Positions 38,176 to 46,985 of a stretch of DNA of 64,000 nucleotides are shown here, in pieces; position 1 is the first letter of the stretch; each line of letters opens with the position of its first letter. The position numbers were made by a program, and so were the translations under genes. Under the pieces are notes generated by a model that worked only from the letters and a program-made list of their open reading frames with translations, was not told the origin of the DNA and did not search any database. The stretch is from Candidatus Omnitrophota bacterium (GTDB lineage: Bacteria > Omnitrophota > Gorgyraeia > JAHJTE01), in assembly GCA_018830005.1 (NCBI GenBank), contig JAHJTE010000001.1, positions 193,332-257,331 of the forward strand. Direction: 5' to 3'.

Positions 38176-39285
38176 ATGATAAACCAAGGTGATTACGATA
38201 AATTTCAAGCAAGATTAATCAAGAAGGCAAGGAACAAGGCCTTTCCTCTTAAGGCAATGTTTGAACTTACCTATAGGTGTAACCTTAAATGCCGACACTG
38301 CTATGTGTGCGATGGCGAGAATAGAAAAGAATTACAAACCCAGGAGGTCTTTTCTATTCTTGATCAGTTGGCAGAGGCAGGATGTCTAAATTTAGGTTTT
38401 ACAGGAGGAGAGCCTTTCCTGCGAAAGGATATATTTGATATTTTAAGATATGCTAAGAATAAGGGATTTAATACCGTACTTTTGACCAATGCGACTTTGA
38501 TTGAAGAAGCTGATGCAGACAGGTTAAAAGAGTTGGGTCTAAATAAGATTGATGTATCTTTTCATACTAGGAAGCAAGAGGTTTTTGATTGGTTTACTCA
38601 AAGGCCTGGTACATATAAAAGAGTCTCAGAGGCAGTCAGGCTCTTAAGAAAAAAAGGCATTGATGTTTTTCTTAAAACGACTGCAATGACTATAAATAAG
38701 GATGAGATTTTAGCCTTGAGGCATCTTGCAGTAGAGAAATTTGGCGCACATTTTCGCTGGAGTTCGATAATAACTCCAGACCTAGAGGCTAATAAGGAGA
38801 ATTTGAGGTTTCGTTTAACAGCAGAGGATGTTAATTGTCTAGAGAAGCAGATTAGAGATGATAGTGTAATAGAATTTGAAAAACTAGACACCTTGGAAAA
38901 AATAAATAGAAAGTCAGCGAAAAGGCAAAGGCCTATTAGAAAGATAAATCATAACCAGCTGTTTCATTGTGGTGCAGGCAAAACAGAGGTTGTAATAGAC
39001 CCCTATGGCCAGATGAGATTATGTCTGGATATACCATTCCCAAAATACGATATTTTAAAGAGTAATTTCTCCCAAAGCTGGAAGATGTTAACTGATTTTG
39101 TAAGAGATACAGCTGGCGGGTCTAGTTATCAATGTCAAGACTGTGAACTTATTCAATATTGTAAGTCTTGTCCTGCGTATGCATGGCTTGAGTGCGGTGA
39201 CATCAGTGCTTGCCCGCCATATTTTAGAGAGCTGGCGCGTCTGGCAAAGATGGAATCCGAAACAGAGGATATAAAGATTGCATGA
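38176..39285 (+). CDS. Radical SAM/SPASM-domain enzyme #2
   Basis: 'CNLKCRHC'; 'FTGGEP'; SPASM-like 'CGAGKTEVVIDPYGQMRLC…CQDCELIQYCKSCP'. Confidence 0.8.
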   Translation: MINQGDYDKFQARLIKKARNKAFPLKAMFELTYRCNLKCRHCYVCDGENRKELQTQEVFSILDQLAEAGCLNLGFTGGEPFLRKDIFDILRYAKNKGFNTVLLTNATLIEEADADRLKELGLNKIDVSFHTRKQEVFDWFTQRPGTYKRVSEAVRLLRKKGIDVFLKTTAMTINKDEILALRHLAVEKFGAHFRWSSIITPDLEANKENLRFRLTAEDVNCLEKQIRDDSVIEFEKLDTLEKINRKSAKRQRPIRKINHNQLFHCGAGKTEVVIDPYGQMRLCLDIPFPKYDILKSNFSQSWKMLTDFVRDTAGGSSYQCQDCELIQYCKSCPAYAWLECGDISACPPYFRELARLAKMESETEDIKIA

Positions 39286-40193
39286 GGAAAGAACTTAGAT
39301 TAGAAATTGCCGGGATTGGATTTTTATTTCGTTATAATAATTGTCAGATTAAAGAAGGCAGATATAGTCCAGCATACCTTGAGGATTTTATTAAACCGGG
39401 TAATAATAGTGATTTCATTATTGATCTTGACGTGGGATCTCTTCCTGCAATTCCTAGGGGGAGGCTGTTGTTTGAATCAAAGGAGAATTGGCGTTCCTTT
39501 GCGCATAACGGAAGTTTCCTAATCGAGACTTACTATGGTAAGTCAGAGATAACCAGGGTTTGTGTAATAAATAAAGATCTAAGTAAGGCAAAGGTATATA
39601 TCTCACCCTGGACAGACGAATTTGATAAAAAGAAAAGACTTAAAAACAATCCTCCCAAGAACTGGTCACTGGAGACATTTTTTTCTGTTTTAGGCCAGCT
39701 TATTTTAATCAACCTATTACATAAATATCAGGGGCTTCTTTTGCATGCCTGTGGTGTAGTTGTTGATGGTGCGGGATTAGTTTTTCCCGGGATATCAGGC
39801 GCAGGCAAGACGACTCTGACAAGGTTATGGCAGAAGAGGGGTGGCCTTGGCCTATTAAGCGATGATCGGGTAATTATTCGAAAGATAAATAAAGAATATT
39901 TTGTTTCTGGAAGCCCTTGGCCAGGCGAGGCCAGGATTGCCTCTGGTAAATCAGCGCCGCTTAGTAAAATCCTGTTTCTTTCCAAGGCCAATCAAAATAA
40001 ACTCAAAGCCCTAGGAAAAAGAGAAAGTCTATATCTGCTTATGAGGCAGTGTTTTCCTCCTATATGGGATAGACAGGCGATTGATTTTTTTCTTAAGTTT
40101 TGCGCAAGTCTAGTCGAAGATGTCCCCTGTTTTTCATTTGGTTTTGTTCCGGATGAAAGCGCGCTAGATTTTATTTTAAAAAACCACTCATGA
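39282..40193 (+). CDS. HPr kinase C-terminal-domain-like (HprK-related) P-loop protein #1
   Basis: 'LLLHACGVVVDGAGLVFPGISGAGKTTL' and 'LLSDDRVII' resemble HprK/P catalytic core; ATGA overlap with upstream rSAM. Confidence 0.65.
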   Translation: MRKELRLEIAGIGFLFRYNNCQIKEGRYSPAYLEDFIKPGNNSDFIIDLDVGSLPAIPRGRLLFESKENWRSFAHNGSFLIETYYGKSEITRVCVINKDLSKAKVYISPWTDEFDKKKRLKNNPPKNWSLETFFSVLGQLILINLLHKYQGLLLHACGVVVDGAGLVFPGISGAGKTTLTRLWQKRGGLGLLSDDRVIIRKINKEYFVSGSPWPGEARIASGKSAPLSKILFLSKANQNKLKALGKRESLYLLMRQCFPPIWDRQAIDFFLKFCASLVEDVPCFSFGFVPDESALDFILKNHS

Positions 40194-41293
40194 TTAAAGA
40201 GTTAAGATTTAGGAAAGAATTTACAGAAAGGCTGGAGCGAAAGCGCGATAAGATGGATTTTCCCCGCAATGTAATTTTTGAGATTACACATCAATGCAAT
40301 CTGCGTTGTCGGCATTGCTATGTAGTGCCAGATTCCAGAAAAAAAGAATTAACGACTTCGCAGGTTAAATCAGTTTTTAAGCAATTAGTTGATGTAGGTT
40401 GTCTTCATCTGACCTTAACTGGTGGTGAGCCTTTAGTGCGGCCGGATATCATTTCCTTGATTGACTATGCCCGCAGGCTAGGGCTTTTTATCCATCTTTT
40501 TACCAATGCCACCCTTATAAATCTTGAGATTGCTGATAAATTAGGAGAGCTTAGCCTTACATCCTTAGAGATATCTTTTCACAGTCTTAAGCCTAAACGT
40601 TTTGATTCCTTTACTAGAGTGGAAGGTTCTTTTGATTCGGTGATGAAGGCAATCAGGCTTGTTAAAGAGAGAAAAGAAAGCATTGCCTTAAAGATAAACA
40701 TAACCAAGGCAAACCTTGATGAGATTGATGATTTCAAAGAGTTTGCGAATGATTTAGACGCGGTCATTGAATGGGGAACTATTCTTAGACCAAGGAATGA
40801 TGGTTCACAGGATAATCTATCTTTACGTCTTGAGCCAGAAGAGGCATTAAAGCTAGGCTATATGCTTGGTCTTGAATCTATTCTTGATGAGCCAATACAT
40901 AATAATAAAGAATGTCATCCTCCAGAAAATAAACTCACCAAGCCAAATAGAAATAGGATAGAGAGCGAGTTATTTCGTTGTGGGATCGGCAGTGAAGGTT
41001 TAGTTATTGACCCCTACGGAGAATTAAAGCCTTGTCTTGTGCTTGGCCTTTTAGGCTATTCTATTTTTGATAGCAGTCTAAAGCAGGCATGGATAAATTT
41101 AAGAGCTGATTTGAATTCAATGAAACCGACAGCTGATTATAAATGTCTTGATTGTAATCTAGGGCATTATTGTTCATCTTGTCCAGCAAGAGCGAAACTT
41201 GAATGTAATGATATGAACTCATGTCCTGATTATTATCGTCGGCTGGCAGAATTAAGGTGTCAAAATAATGGCTATAAGAATTCAAGAATATAA
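40190..41293 (+). CDS. Radical SAM/SPASM-domain enzyme #3
   Basis: 'CNLRCRHC'; 'LTGGEP'; 'CGIGSEGLVIDPYGELKPC…CLDCNLGHYCSSCP'. Confidence 0.8.
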   Translation: MIKELRFRKEFTERLERKRDKMDFPRNVIFEITHQCNLRCRHCYVVPDSRKKELTTSQVKSVFKQLVDVGCLHLTLTGGEPLVRPDIISLIDYARRLGLFIHLFTNATLINLEIADKLGELSLTSLEISFHSLKPKRFDSFTRVEGSFDSVMKAIRLVKERKESIALKINITKANLDEIDDFKEFANDLDAVIEWGTILRPRNDGSQDNLSLRLEPEEALKLGYMLGLESILDEPIHNNKECHPPENKLTKPNRNRIESELFRCGIGSEGLVIDPYGELKPCLVLGLLGYSIFDSSLKQAWINLRADLNSMKPTADYKCLDCNLGHYCSSCPARAKLECNDMNSCPDYYRRLAELRCQNNGYKNSRI

Positions 41294-42389
41294 GGACTTT
41301 AGCTTGAGGCTTCATGATAAAGGTTCAAGAAAGCCGATTCTGGGACAATTTGAGCTCACCCATAACTGCAATCTTGCTTGTCAGCATTGTTATGTTGTAA
41401 ATGAACCCCAAAGGCAGGAACTTTCTTACAGTGAGCTTTGCCGTATCTTTGATGAAGTTTATGAACAAGGATGTTTCTGGCTCTGTTTTACTGGAGGCGA
41501 GCCCCTGTTGCGGAAAGATTTTCTTGATATTTACTCATATGCCTACAAAAAAGGATTTCTTATTAGTATCTTTACTAATGCGACACTTTTTAATGAGAAT
41601 ATAGCAGGACACCTTAAGGATTTTCCGCCCTTTTGCATTGAGGTAACCTTGAATGGCATTACTAAAAAAACATACGAATTAATTAGCCAAAGGCCGGGTT
41701 CTTTTGAGCTAGCAATGCGCGGCATTGAACTTATCCGAAAGTTTAAGCTCCCCTTAAAGTTAAAATGCCAGATAATGACTTTAAATATAGATGAGATCGA
41801 TTTGATGCGTAAATTTTATGATAAGATGAACATGGCTTTTCTTTGCAGTCTGATAATTAACCCACGCTTAGACGGTTCGACTCAGACCACTTCTTTGCGT
41901 TTGCCGATTGAGAAAATATTGGAACTTAGAAGGCAAAAAGAAGGACTAGCTGAATGTAGTGATTCTTCAAGGGATATCTTAGGTATGTTGATGCTTCCAG
42001 ATAAGAAAGAAGACATTTTTTTAGAGGAAGATTCATCATTTGACGGGGATAATGAATTAAACCTTGCCTCTGATGCGCTGTTTCGTTGTCCAGGAGGAAC
42101 ATGGGCATTCTATGTTAATCCTTATGGTGAACTTTGTTTTTGTAATTCGCTAAGAGAGCCAGCGTGGGATTTGCGCAAGAATTCATTCAAGCAAGGTTTT
42201 TATGAATTTTTTCCAAAGATTCGCTCAGAGAAGTTTAAAACCGATTCTAAATGCCGAGATTGCGATATCAAGTCAGACTGCCTTAGTTGTCCGGCAAGGG
42301 CTTATTTAGAGACAGGTGATAGAGAGGCCCCTTTGCCCTATTATTGTGAGTTGGCTCAAAAAAACAGGAAGAAAGAAATCAGGACTTAA
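41268..42389 (+). CDS. Radical SAM/SPASM-domain enzyme #4
   Basis: 'CNLACQHC'; 'FTGGEP'; 'CPGGTWAFYVNPYGELCFC…CRDCDIKSDCLSCP'. Confidence 0.8.
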   Translation: MAIRIQEYKDFSLRLHDKGSRKPILGQFELTHNCNLACQHCYVVNEPQRQELSYSELCRIFDEVYEQGCFWLCFTGGEPLLRKDFLDIYSYAYKKGFLISIFTNATLFNENIAGHLKDFPPFCIEVTLNGITKKTYELISQRPGSFELAMRGIELIRKFKLPLKLKCQIMTLNIDEIDLMRKFYDKMNMAFLCSLIINPRLDGSTQTTSLRLPIEKILELRRQKEGLAECSDSSRDILGMLMLPDKKEDIFLEEDSSFDGDNELNLASDALFRCPGGTWAFYVNPYGELCFCNSLREPAWDLRKNSFKQGFYEFFPKIRSEKFKTDSKCRDCDIKSDCLSCPARAYLETGDREAPLPYYCELAQKNRKKEIRT

Positions 42390-42398
42390 ATTGTAATT

Positions 42399-44009
42399 AT
42401 GAATAGTAGGCGTTTACGTGTCGGCATAATATCACGAAAGAATTTAGGTTCATTAAACAGCCTAAGCTGTAGGGTGCTTTTTAAAAACGCCTTAAAGATC
42501 GTTGAGAGTAGATTCAATGCGTGCTGTTGCTTCCTGAATAGCTCTACTAACTCAAACAAGAAGGAGATAGCACTTAAGAAGCTTACCTCTTCTTGCGATG
42601 TGATTTTGGAATTAGCTCCAGGGCAAATGTTTGATATAAAGGCCAAATCAATACCTAGAGTCTTTTTTGCACTTGGTTTTATGTCAAATCCTTTCAATCT
42701 CATGGCTAGCTTTAACAGAAAACTCATGACAGCCAATTCCGTTCTTTTCTCATGCAAAGCGGATTTGGAAATGTTTAATAAAATATTTGGCAAGACAGGA
42801 CGCAGTATGGGCTATATTGTGCCTTTCCCTCTAGAAGTTAATGAATTCAAACCACAAAGTGAGCTTGAAAATAAACGCATGCGAGAAAGATTTGGTATTG
42901 GAGGAGATGTCTTTCTTATCTTGTATGCGGGAAGAATTAACGTGCAGAAGAATATACACACATTACTTAAGATATTTAGAGAGGCCATTAAGAGATTTCC
43001 GCAAACAAGACTTTGTATAGCCGGCGAAGAAGACAGGGGTGGCTTTGAAGAGTTTGGTATTAGTAATAATGGATATACCGGCTATATTAGGAGGAAATGC
43101 CTTGAATACGGGATTGCCGATAAAGTAATATTTACTGGAAAATTAAAAAGAGAAGACCTTATATCTTTATATTCAAGTGCTGATGTTTTCATGAATTGTA
43201 CTATCAGCCAGTATGAAAATTTTGGCTATTCCCAGGTTGAGGCTATGGCCTGCGGCACGCCGGTTATTTGTTCGCATTGGGGTGGATTGAAAGATACAGT
43301 TATTCATGGTAAGTGCGGTTATCATATGCCAACCATACTTAGCAATAACGGCGTAAAGGTTGACTGGCAAAGTGGCTTAAGGCAGTTGATAGGTCTCTTA
43401 GAAGATAAGGATAGACTCAAAGAAATGTCAAGACAGGCAAGAGAACACGCAAAGCTAAACTTCTCTTTCGATAGATTTGCTAAGATGTTAGAATTCGTAC
43501 TTTTAGATACAATGAAGCGCAATAATAAGAATAAAAAACACCACTATTTGCTAAAGATTAAAAAAGAAAATCCTCATTTTATGAATTTATTCATGGAGTA
43601 TCTGTATGTAAACCGTAAAAATTACAAGAAGGGGCCGGTCTGTGTGAATAGCCCCAAAAGCCTCTTCTTTAGGCGAAATTATAGTCACTATAAATCTTTT
43701 ATAAAAGCCTACAGTTCTCTATCTGGTTCTGAAATGCTTAAAAGAAATGGCTCCATACCCTACTTTCTACAGGATGTCAGACTTATGTATAAAGGGCAGC
43801 GCCTTTATATCCAAGATCCTCTCTGGCCAGCAAGATACAGATTAGAGGATTGGCAATTTAGAATTGCCTCAGTTATTGATGGCAATAGAAGCCTGGAGGA
43901 TATTAATTCTAATTTTATACACAGGGGTTTTAAAAAAAGGAGAGATTCGCTTAAGAGGTTCTATAAGCATCTTGCTGAAGAGGGCGTAGTATCATTTCTT
44001 AGTAATTAG
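42399..44009 (+). CDS. GT4-family (GT-B) glycosyltransferase with C-terminal PqqD/RRE-like domain
   Basis: GT4 C-domain 'FLILYAGRINVQKNIHTLL…CIAGEED…NFGYSQVEAMACGTPVICSHWGGL'; C-terminal ~70 aa 'RIASVIDGNRSLEDINSNF…SLKRFYKHLAEEGVVSFL' resembles PqqD. Confidence 0.6.
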   Translation: MNSRRLRVGIISRKNLGSLNSLSCRVLFKNALKIVESRFNACCCFLNSSTNSNKKEIALKKLTSSCDVILELAPGQMFDIKAKSIPRVFFALGFMSNPFNLMASFNRKLMTANSVLFSCKADLEMFNKIFGKTGRSMGYIVPFPLEVNEFKPQSELENKRMRERFGIGGDVFLILYAGRINVQKNIHTLLKIFREAIKRFPQTRLCIAGEEDRGGFEEFGISNNGYTGYIRRKCLEYGIADKVIFTGKLKREDLISLYSSADVFMNCTISQYENFGYSQVEAMACGTPVICSHWGGLKDTVIHGKCGYHMPTILSNNGVKVDWQSGLRQLIGLLEDKDRLKEMSRQAREHAKLNFSFDRFAKMLEFVLLDTMKRNNKNKKHHYLLKIKKENPHFMNLFMEYLYVNRKNYKKGPVCVNSPKSLFFRRNYSHYKSFIKAYSSLSGSEMLKRNGSIPYFLQDVRLMYKGQRLYIQDPLWPARYRLEDWQFRIASVIDGNRSLEDINSNFIHRGFKKRRDSLKRFYKHLAEEGVVSFLSN

Positions 44010-44033
44010 TTTAAGAGCATTTGAAAGAAATAT

Positions 44034-45113
44034 ATGAGCAGAAAAACTTATTTTGATTTACTTTACAGACTAAAGGATAATATCTTTCCTTTAAGGGCAC
44101 AGATAGCATTAACCTATAGGTGTAACTTAAACTGCGTTCATTGTTTCGAGAATAAGGACAGTCGAGATGAGTTAACCCTTTCAGAAATAAAAGATATATT
44201 AAATCAGCTAAAAGATCTGGGTTGTTTGCGGCTAAATTTTACAGGAGGAGAGTTATTTTTAAGAAAAGATGTATTAGAGATTTTCGAGCTTGCGCGCAGG
44301 ATGAATTTTGACTTTAGCCTAATAACTAACGCTACGCTCCTAACAGAAGGCCTAGTCAGGAATATTAAAAAATTTAATCCTTCAACGATACAGATTAGTC
44401 TCTATGGGGCAACTAAGAAGGTCTATGAATCTATTAGCAATGTTTCTGGCTCTTTTAAGAAAACATTAGATGCAATTTCACTTTTAAAGGTGCATAATCT
44501 AAAATTAAGAATAGCTACAGTTGTAATGCGCCAGAATTTTCACGAAATAAAAATTATAAGACAGATGGCCAGAATTAATAAATGGAATTTGATAACAGAT
44601 TATTGCATATCGCCAGGATATAATGGTTCAAGAGTTCCTTTAAAATGCAGAATGACTCAAAATCAGCTTAAGAAAGCTGTTACTGAACTTAAGTCAGAAG
44701 GCAGGTATTTAAAAAAAATGAACACTATCTCTAAAGAAAGGCTTTTCTGTCTTTTATCTTTTTGTCAGCATGAGTGTTATATTTCAGCACAGGCAGATGT
44801 GTTTCCATCATGTACTTTAAGAATGAAACTAGGCAGCCTAAGAGAAAAATCCTTTGAAGAAATCTGGAGAGATTCCCAAGTTGCCAAGACCTTAAGGGGC
44901 TTGAAAAAAGAGGAGTTATATTGTCTGCGTTGTAGGCTTTTTTTCTACTGTTGTTTTGACAAAGGCATGGCCTGGTTGGAGCATGGAGATTTTAGGCTTC
45001 CAGCAAAAGAGATATGCAGGGTAATGAAGGCAGGAATAAGGAGAGATGGTAAGCTCTTGCCGCCAGGATTAGTGTCAAAGGTTAAATTCCCGTCCACTAT
45101 TTCGTTTTCTTAG
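44034..45113 (+). CDS. Radical SAM/SPASM-domain enzyme #5 (divergent C-terminus)
   Basis: 'CNLNCVHC'; 'FTGGEL'; Cys-rich C-term 'CLLSFCQHECY…FPSC…CLRCRLFFYCCF'. Confidence 0.75.
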   Translation: MSRKTYFDLLYRLKDNIFPLRAQIALTYRCNLNCVHCFENKDSRDELTLSEIKDILNQLKDLGCLRLNFTGGELFLRKDVLEIFELARRMNFDFSLITNATLLTEGLVRNIKKFNPSTIQISLYGATKKVYESISNVSGSFKKTLDAISLLKVHNLKLRIATVVMRQNFHEIKIIRQMARINKWNLITDYCISPGYNGSRVPLKCRMTQNQLKKAVTELKSEGRYLKKMNTISKERLFCLLSFCQHECYISAQADVFPSCTLRMKLGSLREKSFEEIWRDSQVAKTLRGLKKEELYCLRCRLFFYCCFDKGMAWLEHGDFRLPAKEICRVMKAGIRRDGKLLPPGLVSKVKFPSTISFS

Positions 45114-45155
45114 CAAAACGAAACAGGACTATTGGGGGAGATTAAAGGGGGTGTA

Positions 45156-45290
45156 ATGATGAGAAAGGATTCCAAAAAAATTTCAAAGACAAGAAATGCT
45201 AAGGACAAATATGAGAAGCCAAAACTTTTCAAATACAGAATGGTAGATGTTGCCAGTGCTTTAGTAGCTGGACAGATAGAACCTTTATGA
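45156..45290 (+). CDS. Unannotated small ORF, 44 aa: MMRKDSKKISKTRNAKDKYEKPKLFKYRMVDVASALVAGQIEPL; candidate precursor peptide
   Basis: Not in the six-frame track (<60 aa). Strong SD 'AAAGGGGG' at 45145-45152; tandem ATGs at 45156 and 45159; lies in the 284-nt gap between rSAM #5 and the stand-alone PqqD gene; Lys-rich N-terminal half, hydrophobic small-residue C-terminal half. Confidence 0.45.
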   Translation: MMRKDSKKISKTRNAKDKYEKPKLFKYRMVDVASALVAGQIEPL

Positions 45291-45408
45291 ATAGAGCAGA
45301 TGTTTGCTTGATATCCTATGGCTTGAATTAGTTTTTCTAATGGGTAGATTATATATTTACTGAAGGAAAAATCTATCTGTTAACTAATAAATAAACTTGG
45401 AGGTAGAT

Positions 45409-45699
45409 ATGGCCTTAAGGGAAGGATGCAATCGTTTTAAAATCCAGAAGGATAAAATTGCCCACCGCTTAATTAATAATGAAGTGGTAATTTTGCATTT
45501 AGAGCGTGGTCTTTATTTCAGTCTTAATAAAACCGCTACTTTTATCTGGAAACTTATAGAGCAAGGCAGGGATTTAGGCCAGATGTCAGAGGCGTTCGCT
45601 AAAAGGTTTGAATGCAAAGAGGCAGAGGCAATAAAGGATGTCAATGTCTTAATAGGCGATTTAGAAAAAGAAGGACTCATAGATAAGATTAAGAAATAA
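45409..45699 (+). CDS. Stand-alone PqqD-family (RRE) protein; start at ATG 45409 with GGAGG at 45399-45403 (track ORF starts at an upstream TTG)
   Basis: 96 aa; 'INNEVVILHLERGLYFSLNKTATFIWKLIEQGRDLGQM…KDVNVLIGDLEKEGLI' typical PqqD. Confidence 0.75.
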   Translation: MALREGCNRFKIQKDKIAHRLINNEVVILHLERGLYFSLNKTATFIWKLIEQGRDLGQMSEAFAKRFECKEAEAIKDVNVLIGDLEKEGLIDKIKK

Positions 45700-45776
45700 T
45701 GAACTGTTTTGAGATTATTGAAAAATATTAAATTAAAAAACACGCAAACCAAAGTATTAAAGCTCAACTTCAGCCT

Positions 45777-46982
45777 ATGAATATTGCTATTATTGCTCAT
45801 TCCTATTTGCCTGATGTTGGTGGTAGCCAGGAAACAATCAGGGGATTAGCTAAAGAATTTTCAAAGCAAGCTCATGAAGTAATTATTTTGGTACTTACTC
45901 CTGGCCCAGGCGGAGAATTCAAGAATGCAACAGAAAACCATTTTTTTAGATTTAAGGCATTCGAGGTTATTGAGGGGATAGATGTTCATAGACTACGCGT
46001 TCCTTTTCTAGGAGTTCCCCGCATAGGAATAAAAGGACTGATTGACACCTTAAGACTCCTTGTTTTTTTACCGGGTGTATTAATAAAATCAGCCAAGATA
46101 ATAAAAGACAATAAGATTCAGATAATTAATGTCCATTATGCAGGCATAAATGCATTTTGTACTTGGCTGCTTTCCTACCCACTCTCCTTAAAATACATAG
46201 TTACATTGCAGGGTTTTAATGTGCAGGTACTCCCATTTTTAAAAGGTTTGAGAGGATTTATTATTCGTTTTGTTTTTAAGTCTATATTGCAGCGCGCCAG
46301 TTTTGTTACTGCCTGTTCTGAGTATCTACTTAATGATGCAAAAGAAAGAGTCCCCCAGATAAGAAATAAGTCTTGTGTTATCCCCAATGGCATAGATTTG
46401 GATGAGTTTAAGCATAACGGCCGAAGTTTAATAGATTATCCCTACATCCTTTGCCTGGGAAGACTGCATGCACCCTTTAAAGGTTTTGATATTGCCCTGC
46501 TTGCACTCAAGGATATCCTAGATTCAGGCCTTGATATAAATCTGGTTCTAGCCGGAGACGGGCCAGATAGCGCTGAATATAAAAAACTTGCAGAATCTTT
46601 AAGCATAGAGAAAAATGTGCATTTCTTTGGTCTGGCCAACCGCGTAGAGGCAGTATATTTTATTAAAAACTGCCAATTCTTTGTGATGCCTTCACGCGTT
46701 GAACCTCTAGGTATTGTAAACTTAGAGGCCATGGCCTGTTCTAAGGCAGTCATTGCCTCAAGAGTAGGCGGTATACCAGAGGTAGTTGAGCACGGTGTAA
46801 ATGGGTTATTAGTTGAGCCTGCGGATGTCAAGGTGCTTGCTAGAGCCATAAAAAGATTATTAGTTGATAAGGACTTAAGAGTTAAACTCGGCAGAAACGG
46901 CAGGCGCATGCTAGAGGCTGGAGAATTTTCTTGGCAGAGGCTATCTCGTAGATACCTAAAACTGTATAGAGAATTTTTATAA
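45777..46982 (+). CDS. GT4-family glycosyltransferase (paralog a)
   Basis: 'YLPDVGGSQE'; 'LGRLHAPFKGFDIALLAL…LVLAGDGP', 'FVMPSRVEPLGIVNLEAMACSKAVIASRVGGIPEVV'. Confidence 0.8.
   Translation: MNIAIIAHSYLPDVGGSQETIRGLAKEFSKQAHEVIILVLTPGPGGEFKNATENHFFRFKAFEVIEGIDVHRLRVPFLGVPRIGIKGLIDTLRLLVFLPGVLIKSAKIIKDNKIQIINVHYAGINAFCTWLLSYPLSLKYIVTLQGFNVQVLPFLKGLRGFIIRFVFKSILQRASFVTACSEYLLNDAKERVPQIRNKSCVIPNGIDLDEFKHNGRSLIDYPYILCLGRLHAPFKGFDIALLALKDILDSGLDINLVLAGDGPDSAEYKKLAESLSIEKNVHFFGLANRVEAVYFIKNCQFFVMPSRVEPLGIVNLEAMACSKAVIASRVGGIPEVVEHGVNGLLVEPADVKVLARAIKRLLVDKDLRVKLGRNGRRMLEAGEFSWQRLSRRYLKLYREFL
46268..46793 (+). repeat. Copy A of duplicated GT4 segments, >98% DNA identity with 48599-49124 at a constant 2331-bp offset; identical blocks 46268-46566 and 46668-46793 separated by diverged sequence
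   Basis: Direct comparison of both copies; only about 3 mismatches in the 299-bp block. Confidence 0.85.
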
Positions 46983-46985
46983 ATA

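Noticed and set aside
39307-39522. 71-aa + strand ORF overlapping the start of the HprK-like gene in another frame
   Set aside because: Entirely inside a CDS with recognisable HprK-like motifs, and no independent start signals.
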